From assembly GCA_026770705.1 (NCBI GenBank), contig JANJGN010000100.1:1054001-1118000 (forward strand): 64,000 nucleotides of DNA. Direction: 5' to 3'. Positions 12,303 to 25,869 of the stretch are shown here, in pieces. The translations under genes and the position numbers were made by a program. Positions within the stretch are counted from its first letter, which is position 1. The number at the start of each line of letters is the position of its first letter. The notes under the pieces were generated by a model. The model had not been told where the DNA came from. It did not search any database and saw nothing but the letters and a program-made list of their open reading frames with translations. The DNA is from Isurus oxyrinchus (Eukaryota).

Positions 12303-14900
12303 TTCCCCTCATTGAAAAATGAACAATCATAATTTTAACAAATAGCTTCATTTTTAATAATGGATCTTGCAGTATCTCCTCTGCTATCCCACTATTACTT
12401 AACCACATGCCTGCATTAACGTAACAATATATCTACATAACTCCTTTGTCTCAGCAGGAATCATTCCAGTTCAGTACCGTTGTTTTAAAATATCCAATTT
12501 TCCCTTTAATTTCAAAGTCCTGGGAACATATCTTCAATCAGATTCTCTGATCCAGTGACAAGTATTATTTGTAGACTTAATGGTTGCATTAATGAACTCC
12601 ACCTGATTGGCTTTGCACTTTTGTGTCGAAATTTGTCCAGAAGCTTTAAACGGTTGTGGCTTGTAAAAGCATTATTTTCTGATGAATGGTTTGCTGCATA
12701 TCTTTCAAAGTGCTGCAGTAGTAACACGAAATCCAACGTCTATTTTCAATAATTGAATATCTTCTCTGTTGAGTGTTCAAATTCCGTGAAAAGCATACGA
12801 TAGAATTTTCAATTGCAGCCTCATCTTTATGTAACATGATATTCCTACATCGCTTGCATCAACAGCCAACTTAAATTACTTGGACAACAAGGTACTGCCA
12901 AAACCGGTGTCATATTAACTACAGTTTTTAAAGTTTCAGGTGCCAGTGTCCATTAAAACCTCTTAATTTTTTAATACTTCAGTCAGTGGAGCAACCAGAC
13001 TGCTAAAATTTTGTACACATTTCTGGTAAAACCCACTCAGGTTGAGAAATTTAAAGCTTCTCATTTTGTTTTAGGCACTGGGAAATCCACGAAAACCTGA
13101 CTCGCATCTCTTGGAGCAGCCTTGCCATGTCCAATGTTATGGCCTAGATGCATTGCTTGTGCTTTTGCGAATTCACTTTTAGTCAATTTCATTACAGAAT
13201 TTGCATCTGGTAGTCGAGCAAAAAATTCTTCTGGATGTTGGAAATGCTCCTACCACGTCAGACTGAAAACAATTAAGTCATTAATATAAACAGCACAATT
13301 ACTTAAACGTGCCATTTTTTTTGTCAGACCTTGCTATGGTGCAAGTGCATTCTTCATACCAAATGTTGTGACTTTTAACTGATATAATCTATTTGGCTTC
13401 ACAAAAGCTGATATCTCATTTGCTCTCTCCAATAAAGATACTTGCCAATACCATTTTAGCATGTCATACTTTGTGATAAATTTTGATTGCCCCATTATCT
13501 CAATGCAATCTTGCAACTGTGATATAGGATAGTAATCGACTTGTGCCACTACTTTCAGATTTTGATCGTGCACACACCTTGTTTGTGTTCCATCTGGCTT
13601 TTGTACCAGTACAAGAGGCGAACTCCAGTTACTGCAACTAGAATCAACGATATCATTGTGAAGCATGAAATCAATTTCTTTCTGTACGTCTGATAGTTTT
13701 TCCAGATTTGATCTATAAGGTTGTTACCTTATTGAAGACGAAACATGTACAGACACATCATATATATATTAACACGTCCTCACCAACCTATTCACACAAA
13801 TAGGTTTTTGTGACTGAAAGACCTTCTCTGAATCACTCAGGATCACAATTACATTTTCATGTACTCCTTCATCAACCAGTTTGATTAGAGGAAAATCAAT
13901 TTCAGAGCCCATCACTTCCAGCTATTTCTCATCATCCACCATCACTAATGACTCTTTTTGTTCTTCATTAAATAGCTTAAACTCACTCAATGCCTTTTCA
14001 ATCCTGTTAGTCCTATTGAAACTTGTCTTTAATAGGTAATTTAGCACTGGTAAGGGAACAAGCACTTCTCTTCAGCAATTAAAAAATGCAAGGTTTAGCT
14101 TTCTTATCTGACTTCCCTTTCATCACTTTCTGTGATAAATTTAAATGTTCCCCAACCAAGTACCATGCTTTGTCTAATATCTCCCTGAGATTAGATACAT
14201 AATCCAGGAGAGTGGATTCATGATTTTGAACCACCAGTTTCTCATGAATCAATTTCAGTGGTCTCCTTACTTCAGGACCATTTACTACTTGAAAAGGAAT
14301 AAAAACGGTCGAGGCATTAGGAGCGTCCCAGTAACAATTAAAATAAAATGGAATTCCTTTGTCTCAATCCTGCAGATAATGTTTTTTTTTCAAGTTACAT
14401 GCCGTCTTTCCAAGTCGCTTGTGACTCGGGATGATAAGCTGTTGACCTACGTTGGTTAATTCCCAAACTGATCATTACTTCCTTAAACAGCTGCGACAAA
14501 ATATTTGAACCCTGTTCTGATTGTATTTACTTAGGTAAACTAAGTCATATAAAATGCATATAACTCTTCCAGAATCTTCTTAGCTGTAATATTTTAAAGA
14601 TATCCCCTTAGCAAATCTGGTAGACCCATACTTTATAGTCAGTAAGTACTGATTTTGACTTTTTAGTCATTGGAGAGGTCTTACACAATCAGTCATGGCC
14701 CTAGCAAATGATGCTTCAAATGCTGTTATTTGGAATAAAGGCCATGCTTGTGGTTCTCCTTTCATCTAACATGTGTAACATGTTCTACGGATTTTAATGA
14801 CATCCCTATGCAATCCTGACCAATAGAAACGCTTCTGTGCTTTTGCCTGTGCCTTTCTAATTCCTCATTATCCCCCCATTGGAATTTCCTGAGCCACCCT
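11539..14900 (-). mobile_element. Decayed Gypsy LTR retrotransposon of Gmr1 type (INT-RT-RNaseH-PPT-3'LTR)
   Basis: Order on the minus strand: integrase Zn-finger (..RFYWSGLHRDV..TCYTC, ~14770-14900) and core (NQYLLT, QSEQGSN), then RT (WSSPLVLVQKPDG, FGMKNA, AVYINDL, ~13250-13700), then RNase H (FKLAVDASDVG ~12845-12880, YFSRNLN..RYSIIE), then PPT GAGGGGAA at 12303-12310. Confidence 0.85.
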
Positions 14901-15849
14901 CGGACCCTGATTTCTATGATTTAATGGGATATCGCTCTGATGTAACACTCTCCAGCTTTCATTTGCTGAAATATGATCTGGCCTCCATTTTCTCATTAAA
15001 ATATTGTGTTAAAGATAATAACATACTGGAATTCATTTTGCCTCTGTTTCTGAGTAAGGTTTCTGAGATAACTGTTTTAATTGCATGTTCTCCAGCTTCA
15101 GCTTTATTAACTGCCTTGAGTTGAACACTTCATCTGAAATGATATATATCAATTCTGATGCATTAATTAAGAGTCCTGAGAACAAATCATGTACGTGAAT
15201 GAGGGAACATCAGTGGTCCAACTCCCAATCCCCATGGAAAGTCATTCCAACGTTCTTCATGTCTAATTAATTACACTGCAATACTATTCTTTTATTATGA
15301 ACCACTGTTGAAATTATCATGTTGTTTGATGTTAACTGTTATGACCCAGATGTACATAAAGTAGGAAACAATCTAAGGATGATAATGAAACGATTGCCAT
15401 TTGTTGTAAAAGAAAAAAACATCTGGTTCACCAATGTGCTTTCGGGAAGGAAATTTGCCGTCCTTATTTTGTCTGGCCTACAAGTAATTCCATTCACACG
15501 GCAATATGGATGACTCTTAAGAATTCCCCCTGAGCAAGGGCAATTAGGGATGGGCAATAAATTTTGGCCTAGCCAGTGACACGGACATCCTAAGAACTAA
15601 AAAGAAAATGTTCAATATTAGTAAATTACAAAGGAATCAGCATAAATTCTTGAAACAAAAATAATACAAGTTGCAATGCAGAAGGGAACAGTGCTGGGAT
15701 GATGCAATAGCTCTTTCAGGAACAGCTAGAATGGGCTCCATTACACTGTTCAATAGCGTATGATAAAATGGGTTTCCACCCAGTTAGGTACTACGAAACT
15801 GGAATTAAATAATGCTAGTCTTATGCAACAGCAAATGTAGGATCATGAC

Positions 15850-16630
15850 ATCAGAGAACCACTGAAACGCTCTATTACACAAAGATGTCATTCAGTCGAT
15901 CGTGTCTGCAATGGCTCTCTGAAGGAACAACACACATAGTGCAAATCAGTCGCCCACTCCCTGGAGCCCTGTGCATTTTTCCTTTTCAGATATTAATCCA
16001 AAGTCCTTTTCAACACATCGATTTAACCGAAAATCACCACACTCTGTGGTAGTGCAGTCAGGATACTCGCCACTCGCTGCGTGAAAAGGCTGCTCTTCCA
16101 CCACCTTCTCCTTCACCATTGCTTCTGTAGCCAAGTCCAACAAATTTGTGTCCTGTGTTCTCAATCCTTCCGAAAATTTATACTTTGTCCCCGATGCACT
16201 CCATTCAGGCCCCTTATTATTTTGTATATGTCAATTACATCTCCCCTCTTTCTCGCCACATATACTGCAAGTTAGTTAAACACGATTTTCCCTTAAGATA
16301 GCAGTGCAAGCTTTCCTTGCATAAAAAGGATTTGCCAAGTGGCTGTTAATTTTGTCTAGAGTCATCTTTTCCAGAATCTTCTCTATCACTGAGATAACGC
16401 TGAGTGGCTTGGAATTGCTGAAGCTATCATCACACCCTCTGCTTAAAGATGGTGTGACATTTGCACATGTCCTGTCCTGTGGCATCACCTGTGAGTCTAA
16501 GGAAGGCTAGAAAATTATGGCCAGTGCCTGTATATTTTCCACTCTCAATTCACTCAGCCACCTTCAATGAATCATATCTGGTCCTCGTGCCTTCAAATCT
16601 GTAATTATAAACAGATGATCCAATACCTTC
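15850..16630 (-). mobile_element. CR1 LINE fragments
   Basis: ANVTP..S.G...SNSKPLSVISVIEKILE RT N-terminal motif together with 3'-end motifs. Confidence 0.6.
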
Positions 16631-18639
16631 TCTCGCCAGGCACAGGACAAAGCAAGAATGCCGAATTCTATTTGATTGCAACAAATCATACTGCAGGAGA
16701 AGAATGTTCTGATTGGTTCACAGGACGACTCTGATTGGCCAGGGCACTACACGGAGAAAACAATGGAGAAACGTTTTCTCCCCATAAATTCGGGTGATTG
16801 TATAAAACAAAACAACACACAGCCTGCTGGACTGTCACCTCAGCCATCGCCATGTACATTTACTCCCTGCACAGTGCCGACAATGTGTACCATCTACAAG
16901 GTAGCTTGCAGCAATTTGCCAAGGCTTCTTCGACAGCAGCGTCAAATCCCGTGACTGCTCCGTCTAGATGGAAATGGGCAGCAGAACACCGCCACATGCA
17001 ATTTCCTCTCCAGGCCACGCAGCAACCTGACTTGGAACACTATTGTCACTCTTTCACTGCCGCTGAATCATAATCCTGGAAATCCATTCCTAACTGCATT
17101 GTGAGTCTACATAAATCACGAGTACTGTAAGCGTTTCATGAAGGCAGCTGACCACCACCTTCCCAAGGGCATTTGCTGCTGTGCCTAGTAGCGGGTCCCA
17201 CGTTCCAAAAACGAATAAATATTTAAAAGTAGAATGCAGTCTGCAGAGAACTGTTTGAGTATGAATGTGTATGTATGTCGCTTCTAGCAAATGTTAATGA
17301 GCCACATTACGAACATGATTGACTATGTTATTTGGTTGCAGGTGTATTTATTAGTGCAGTGAACACTCTTCAGCCAGTGCTGTCAAATCATGGAATCACA
17401 TATAAAAGTAGACGATTTGTTTCGAGTTTTGATAGCGCCGGATGGTTGACTGTGGCCTGTAATACACCTATTAGGAATAGCAGAGGGACATGTTGTTTGA
17501 TATGGTCAGCCAATCATTGGGATGTCTGCTATAGGTACCTGGCATCATACTGGCATTGAAATTCATACACAATATTACTAAGCGGAAACGACTTTTTAAC
17601 TCTGTTGTTCGAATTTTAGAGAAACTTGACCATTCCAGATTAACTTGAGGTGGGCCTGAAATTTTGCATGACCGACATTGGTGGCCTTTGGCCAAATTGC
17701 AATTTTGCATAACATACCGTGAAAAAATGTATTTGCATATTTATGAGTAACGTGTCTGCATTTGAATTAATTTCAATTTTTTTCAATTTGTTACTAGTCT
17801 ATTTGTTCAATTATGAAACAACTTTTCATACGTCATAAGTAATCTTTATTCAAACTCCTTAAGTCGAGGAATGAAAGTAATACGTTAGCTGAAGCACATA
17901 AGAAAACTGAAACTAGATAAGTATTAAGACTATGACCTAAAGCTTTTTAATCGAATTTCATTGATTTACTAACCTGCGTGTGCTTCTCTACATGTTATAT
18001 TCAATTATTTTTTTTTATGACTCCAGCCTTCTATAGAAAACGAATGACATTTAAATCACCAGGACATTCCCTAACTTTACACATTTCTAATTAGCATGAA
18101 ATTATGAAAATATTTTTACATGCAATTGGATGTGTAATCTAATTGAACTAGATACCTGGCATCATTGGTGACTAATAGTCTCAATACTGGATTACAGCTG
18201 CAACCGCTAACTGTTGTTCTGATGTCCATTTTAAGAGCCATCTCTCTAAATTGACTAATCTATCTACGAAGACAGCTGCAATCGATCATCAGCAGGGACT
18301 GTGTTTTTTTGTAGCTTGTTCAGTATTCTTAACAAAATATAACACCGGGTTTCTGATGCATTGCATGTAACAAGAACATTGGCTCCGAAGCTATACATGC
18401 AAACTTGAAAGGTAGCCTGTTTTAGAATAAACAGAAAGTAACCAACTAATGCACAAATTATAATTTGAATGGAATGACGAAGGCTTTTTCAAGATGACAA
18501 GTTTTTTTAAAGACCAGGAGATCTAATTGCTCCAAATAAACAGTAAAGGGATATTTGAACATTGTCAGAATTTAACTGTCATTCGGGCTGTTTGGAAATT
18601 GCATGCGAACTTTCAGTTGCAGCAAAACATAACTCAATA

Positions 18640-18960
18640 TTTTAAGTGTTTTGTTTGCCAGTCAGGCAGGAAATAACAAGTAATAGTCATCAAAGAGATT
18701 GAATCGTTTCTGACCTGTTTTGTTTCGGTGAATACGACGAGACAAGGCAGTTGCTTGACTAGCCTATGGGACAGCTCCCTGGTCCTCAGCTGCGAAAGAC
18801 GAGCTATTTGCAGGATCGTTGTCGTTTTCAGAACCAGTGTCACTGTCGGGTGTTCCACCTGATGTAATTATCAACTTTTTTTTCACAGTGACTTGCTTGA
18901 GCATGACAGATGGCAGGTAACAATTAACCTCATCTCCATTGGTCTGGTTCACCTCTAAGC
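18640..18960 (-). mobile_element. LINE ORF2 N-terminal (APE endonuclease) fragment
   Basis: ELSHRLVKQLPCLVVFTET resembles the APE 'PDIV.LTE' motif. Confidence 0.5.
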
Positions 18961-20469
18961 TAGATTTCTTCCACCAGCTGCATTAATGAAGGGAAATGTA
19001 TTTTCTTCTTGCTAATGCTGCAATTTCATGGGTTATTATTCGTGACTTTTAATTTTTAATTTCGGATGAATTTAATTAACTTGATTAAAGTTTTTCAACC
19101 TCCGTGGTGGGATCTGAGATTGTGTACAAGATTCACGAAAATGACTCGGGCCCTGTCGGTCACTAACCCTAACCACTATTTCCCAAGGTAATTTTGTCCC
19201 AAAGAGCTGAAGTGAATCGGAATCTATCGTACATGTCAAAAATGAGAATGATGGGCCAATGTCAGACAACCTCTTCATAGGTTATAAAACTAAGGCAGGT
19301 CGACGGATGTAACCTACAGATTATCTGTGAACTAATTAAAAGACAGAAAATACTCCTGTTCATATGAGTCAGCATCCTCCAGAGAGGAACACAAAGAGTA
19401 TTGGCTACATGCAAAACTGAAACTAGGCACAATCAGTGATTTCTGGGAAGCAGCCAGAGGGGCTCCAGTGAGCGTAGAACAGAGCAAAACAGAGGTGAGC
19501 ATTGTTGCCAGTGTAGTCAGTGAAATTTATATCAAAAGACAGTGTTTCTAGAAACACAATGAGACATGCTCCTGACTTAGAGCATCACAATATAATGACT
19601 GTCGAAGTAGCTCTATCCAGTTACACAGAATTATAAATAAAATCACATATTTTACAATTGGGTGAGATCGTACACATACTCTGTGTGTGCTCGAGGTTTC
19701 AACTCATTATCCAACCTGAAAAGACACAAGGACTCCCTTTTACAGAGAAACGTTGGAAACATGGAAGCTTTAGGCAGGGATTCGCTCCCCCAATCCAACT
19801 GCGTATTTATCGAAATGTTCGCACAATTAATATTCTATTAACGTGCACCATTGCTAAGGAAAGATTTTGCCATGTGTCTCATCTGTTCAAAGTGCAGTAC
19901 GTCTGCAAAGTAAAAAGGCATTAAAATGGTATGTGGTGGGGCGAGAGACACTCGTTCATTTGAACTGCGAATTTACCTGTGACATCAGCGAATTTCCCTG
20001 TGAGAGCGGAGATTCGCTACTGCTGTTACTTATATTAATCTCATCTGGGGCTGAGATTTAATAGCTTAGACAAAAATCAAATAAAGCAAAATGGAAGCCA
20101 TTTTCAGGCATGACTCCGAAAGACCTACTGAGGGATAATAAATATTTAACATGACTTCCTTGGGCCAGAATTTCTGGTGTCAACAGTGGTGTATCTTCAG
20201 ACTTTTGCCTGTGTTGTACGTCGTGATCTGGCGAAATTCCATACACCAATGCATGTGCACCAGAGATTGTGATGGAAATTCATTGCTATGAGTAGTCTGC
20301 TATTTCAATATCGTTACATTTTGTGGGCATCAGGAAGGCAATAATAGTCAATGATCAAGGTATTGTCGCCATTAAAGTTGATAATATCTTCTTATGATTC
20401 AGTTACATATGATTTTTGCACGTTTAAAATCGGAAACATTTGCTTAAGTCGAATTGCCCTGCTGATGAT

Positions 20470-20665
20470 ATAGAAACATAGAAACGTAGACATTAGGAGA
20501 AGCAGTAGGCCATTCGGCCCTTCCAGCCTGCTCCGCCATTCATTATGATCATGGCTTATCATCCAACTTAATAGCCTGCTCCTGCTTTCTCCCTATATGC
20601 TTAGAGCCCTATCACAAAAAGTGTTATTTCTAACTCCTTCTTGAAAGCATAGAATGTTTTGGTCT
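20470..20665 (-). mobile_element. CR1/HER1-type 3' tail
   Basis: atagaaacatagaaac...gcagtaggccattcggcccttccagcctgctccgccattca. Confidence 0.75.
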
Positions 20666-21222
20666 GGGAATGTCATCTCAACTGAAAAATGGAAAGATTA
20701 TCAGGCGAACTAGATGTTTTTCCTCGCCTTATTCCTGCAGCAATTTCTTCAATATAATGTTTAGAGTCAAATGAGTTCGAGGGTGCAGCGGGTGCCTACA
20801 CATTAGAGAACAATAGTATTTATCCTCATTTCACAGCTTCCTCTACACTGAAAATGCAAATCAAAAGTAAGGGTGATGTTGAGATTCCTACATTAACTGG
20901 GTAAACATTTTATTCAATTACATATCTACTTTGGATTGTCTGTCTCCCACATGAATATAGAGATAGCACGGGGCCCGTGGAGCCGGTGAGAATGCACCAA
21001 GCCTGTGTCAGCACGGGGAAGAGAACTAAAAACTTACTGAGAGCAGTGTTCATTGTTCATTCCTGAATCCACAAAGAGGATAAGTTTCTGATAGGCAGTG
21101 ACTCTCCTTCTGCGTGGGCAGGGCAAATATGACATGAACAAGAATCGCAATAGATGTAATAAAAAGTGAAATTCATGTCGTATATTACTATTGTCACCAT
21201 TTAATTAATTTAGCTATCAGTC

Positions 21223-23518
21223 TCAATAGATATTGCATGCCATTTTTAACTCCTCCCTGAATTTGCTCTGGGTCCATGCATAAATAAACGGATTGATGCA
21301 GGAACTTAGAAGCTGCAGCATAAGGTCACGTTCTTCTAGAATATATGTTGATTTGTTGAAAATTGAACCTTCTAAATAACTAGCGCTCACAATTCGGACG
21401 TAGAGGAAATTTATAACAACTAATACACCTAACAGGATGAAACTGCCCGAGATTGTGAAAAGTAAAACGATGGACTTTCTCCTCTTCTCCATCTCTGGGT
21501 CACTCTGATTTTTTCCATTGCTGTGGGCTCGGAGTCTTCTGTGGGCTCGGCTTGCCCTGCCAATGTGCCTGACAGTCAGCACATTGAGTAGCAAAATACG
21601 GATAAATGCGAGACAAGGGATTAAAGCAGCATTTACGCTAACTTATGCAGCCCATCCGGGTGAAGTACAAGATACTGATTTCAATTTGCTGTACCAGGGT
21701 ACAATGTTAATGATAACAGAAGGTTCACAAGCTAAGTACAAGGGAACTTGTTTGGCACAGTGCAAAGTACAGACAGTTCCTATGACCACAGCCGCTGTTT
21801 ACTTCGTGCAATATTTGCGTTTCAGAAATTGGCAACAAATGGCTACAAATCAATCAAACGTGAAAGCGACTGTTAACCAGACAGATGAATCTCTGATACC
21901 ATATATTAAGACAAGGCTGAGAGCAAAGATCAGAGTGATGGAGAGAAAGCTGAATGGTAAATATTTACTTACAATCCGGTTTAATACCATGGCCATGATC
22001 ATGATCAGAAGATCCGTCACAGCCATGGACATCAAGTTGTAAGTGATACATCTGGAGAGACCACATCTTCCTCGAGATAGGATGACAATGATTGCCACGT
22101 TAGCTGTGACAGAAAAATATAGCCAGTGAATATGTGGTTGAGACAAATGAATATAGGACAAAAAACGCTGGAGAACTCACAGACCAGGAATCAATTATGA
22201 AGTGAAACATATTTAGTATTCCAGGTTTATGATGTTTCTGTTCCACTTGAGAAAAAATAACTTCATAAAACACAGCTAATCGTCAACACTGTACTGTGCT
22301 CCCTGCAAGAATATGGGCTAAGTCATATAGTTAACATTTAAATTCCTACTTCGTGACACATATATATGAAACAGAATTATGCCCCTGCATACTACCTAGA
22401 GATTAGATAAGGGAAGGACAGGACAGAATATTTGAAAATCGAAGAAACACAACGTTACTTCGACCTGAGGATTGGGCAGTAAATTCCACGGATACAAAGA
22501 TAAAATTCTTCCCATGGTGGCAGAATGAAGGATAATAACATTGAATAGAAAGGAAGTAGCTTGTTAGGAAAATTAAATATACCTGGATCTCCTGATTGAA
22601 AATTACCTGAAGTTAACAAAGCAGTGCTTCATGGCAGCGAGAAAAGCTACCCTCGTTTATAGATTCAGTTGGAGCTAAGTTGGTAGAAACATCGCTTCAG
22701 TGTCAAAATGTCATTGCTTCAGCTTTGAGAGCATGCTCTGCTGCCCCGGGTGCCACATTTTGGCAAAGCCGGTAAATGGAGGGTCCGTAATTTAATATGT
22801 TATGCAGGTTAATAAGGTACACGCTTTTCTAATTCCAGACAAAACGTAAAAAAAAGAGATAATGCCGTCTGTGTGTGTATAATGTATGTAAGAGAGATAC
22901 AGTCAGAATGTAACAATGGACCTACGCATGCAGTGCCACAAACACAATAGAAATATGCTTAGCAGTTTGAAGTATGTGATACTTCAGTATTAATGATGTC
23001 AGTCATAACATAAAATACATTTGAAACGTAAAATTATGGATGTAAGCAGAAGTTATCCAACTAAAGTATTGAAATATTACTGGCCAGTTAAAGGCAGTAC
23101 ATTGTTAAATTGGATAAAAATATACAGGCAATGGGAGGAAACCATTGTCAAGGGCTGGAATGACAACATTAAAATGAAGGAACCTCACCAGTGATGATAT
23201 GCAATCATGTCAGTAAATTGAAAAATTAAATGGAAAATTCTTCCTTAAGTTGAAGGAAGAAAATGCTCTAAAAGGCAAAAAAAGGGAGAATATCGCTGTA
23301 AAATTATTAGATTACACTGTTAAACGGGAGAACGAATATGATGGAAAAGTACTGATTATAAATGAGAGGAATCATGAACTCATATCAAAGAAAAGAGAAT
23401 TGATTAAACAATAATTCTCATAACTAATATCTAATGAGAATGGTTTACCTGGAATCCCGATCGCTGCAAGAATGGGGTAGTAAATGACAAAAACCAGATC
23501 TTTCGGTAATCCATGCAT
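21223..23518 (-). pseudogene. GPR139-like GPCR pseudogene (copy 2): exon 1 23518-23449, exon 2 22103-~21223
   Basis: Exon 1 MHGLPKDLVFVIYYPILAAIGIP-G|GTAAAC. Intact acceptor tttttctgtcacag|CTAAC. The DRF Arg codon is TGA (21850-21852), and two further in-frame TAA stops follow. The C-terminal half reads DPEMEKRRKSIVLLF...MLQLLSSCINPFIY...KFREEL. Confidence 0.92.
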
Positions 23519-23569
23519 TTCTATTTCCAGCTACGAGTGTGTTCTGCCTGACAATTAAACATCTTCACA

Positions 23570-23604
23570 TTTATATCTCAGTCCAGGCTCCAGGGAGATA
23601 ATTA
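23570..23604 (-). promoter_or_regulatory. Putative promoter module of copy 2
   Basis: The gene strand reads TAATTA-t-CTCCCTGGAG-12 nt-TATAAA, about 52 nt upstream of the ATG. Confidence 0.55.
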
Positions 23605-23739
23605 GATGTTTTGATCTGTCGCAATAATGACACTAATTCAAGTAAAAACCTTAATGTTGCCGCGGCCCGGAAGTTGCTTTTGTTTTGATGGAGTTGAAAG
23701 CTCTTCAAGGCCACTGACACTGTTGTGAAGAACAATCCT

Positions 23740-25230
23740 CTCAAAAGGCGGTGGCAATGGAAATAGTGGATGAGTTGGTGGTGAACTTCCAAAATTTTGT
23801 AGGTTCTAGAACAGTCCAAGCATATTGGAGGTTGGCAGATGCAAACCCACTCTTTTAAAAGAAGTGAGGAATAGGCAAATTATTAAACGCTGGTTAGCAT
23901 AACTTCAATAGTAGGGAAAATGCTAGAGTATATTATAACGAACGTGATAAAAGGACACTTAGAAAATATTAATGGGGTTGGATTAAGTCAGCGTGCATTT
24001 ATGAAAGCCAAATAACTTTCGACAAACCTACTGGCGGTTTTTGAGGACTTTAGTAGTAGAACAGATAAGGGAGAACCAGTTGTTGTGGCATATTCGGATT
24101 TTGGGAAAGCTTTTAATTAAGTCCAACGTAAGAGGTTAGTTTTCAAAACGAAATCACATAGGGTTGTGGGTGATTTATTTGCATGGATTGAGATTTGTTT
24201 AACACACAGGATATCGATAGTCGGAAAAAAAGTATTTTTCGAGCAGCAGACAATGACTACTGGAGTACTGCAGGGATCAGTGCTTGGGGCCCAACTATTC
24301 AATGATTTGGATGAGGGAACCAAATGTAATATTTCGAAGTTTACTTAGGACTCAAAATTTGGTCAGACTGTGAATGGTGAGAAGGATGTAAAGAGGTCTC
24401 AAGGCAATTTAGACACATTGAATGAGTGGCATATACATAGCAGATAAATTATATATAGGGTAACTGTGAAGCTGTCGACTTCGGTAGGAAAAGCAGAATG
24501 GCAGATTATTATAAATATAGTGATAGATTGGGAAACGTTGATACACAAAGGGACCTGGGCGTTCTTGTACACCAGTCGCTAAAAGCAAGTATACAGGTGC
24601 TGCAAGCAGTAAGCAAGGCAAATAGCATAATGTCTTTCATTTCAATATCATTTGAGAGCAGGAACGTAGATGCGTTGATATATCTGTACCAGGCCTTGGT
24701 GAAACCACACCTGGAATATTGTGTACAGTTTTGGTCTCCTTGCATAAGAAATGACATACTTACCATGGAGGGAGTGCAGCAAAGGTTCAGCAGACTGATT
24801 CTTGGGATAGCAGCATTGTCGCTTAGGGAGAGATTTGGTTGCCTAAGCCTGCACTCAATGGAGTTTAAAACAAATTGAAGCAAATGATATCCTGACATGG
24901 CTGGACAGGTTGCATGCAGAGATCATGCCAAATCTGGCTCTGGTGTCTAGGACAAATGGTCACAATTTTAGGACATTGGTGACAAAGATGAGGAGGAATT
25001 TCATCTCTCCAAGGGTGGTGAACATTTGTAAAGTTCTACCACAGAAGGATGTGGAGGTCAAGCCACTGATAATATTTAAGAAGGATACAGGTGGAATTCT
25101 CGACTTTAAAGGCCTCAAAGGACAGGGGGATAGAGCGGGAGCCTGACGATGAGGATCAGACATGTTCATATTGAAATGTAGAGCAGAAAAGGAGGACCGA
25201 ATGATATTCTCCCGTTTCAATTTTCAATTT
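23740..25230 (+). mobile_element. CR1 LINE RT and 3' UTR, decayed
   Basis: GVLQGSVLG, ISKF, QRDLGVLV, LVKPHLEYCVQFWSP, RRNFISPRVV. Confidence 0.85.
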
Positions 25231-25627
25231 CTGAAAAGCGTTCTGAAGCTGCAAGACATTGACAAACTAGGTTGGCTGTTGCAAAAATGAAATCGAGCGT
25301 TGTAAACGAAGATTCCTCACGTTAAGATTCATGAAGGCTTGTGTTAAGAAACTTCAGCATCAGGTATAATTGACAAAAGCAGAACTGGCTCGAAGGTTAA
25401 ATGTAGCCATGTTTTCGCACCTGATCATTGTTCGTCATTTTGATAACTGATCAGTTGTAATAGATATCTCAGAGACTGTACATCCAATTTAACGCGATGG
25501 CATGTGCAATCAGTGTGGACAGATCGACTCAATTACAATGGCTGTGCAGACACCAGGTTCACTATGGTTATTTCCTAGGCAGTTTTGCCCAGGTCAATGC
25601 CGTTATATTCAAAATGGACAGGTCAAA

Positions 25628-25803
25628 ATTGACAGATTGATAGATAGTTAAATAGATAGATGGATAGAGGGGCGGATAGATGGACAGATAGATAGACGGA
25701 TAGATAGACGGACAGATAGAGGGAAAGACAGACAGACAGACAGACAGATAGATAGATAAATAGATAGATAGATAGATAGGTTTCAGGTTGGTGATAGATA
25801 GAT
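25628..25803. repeat. (GATA)n/(GACA)n compound microsatellite
   Basis: Visible directly in the sequence. Confidence 0.9.
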
Positions 25804-25869
25804 CTGCATGGCAATATTCAGTTTTCCACTGCCCTGTTATTTACGCCAGTGCACATTCTGCGTGCATTG

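Noticed and set aside
21518-22042. Antisense ORFs over receptor exons (also 33477-33710 and 47509-47871)
   Set aside because: They are shadows of GPCR coding sequence on the opposite strand and are not conserved as open frames between copies.
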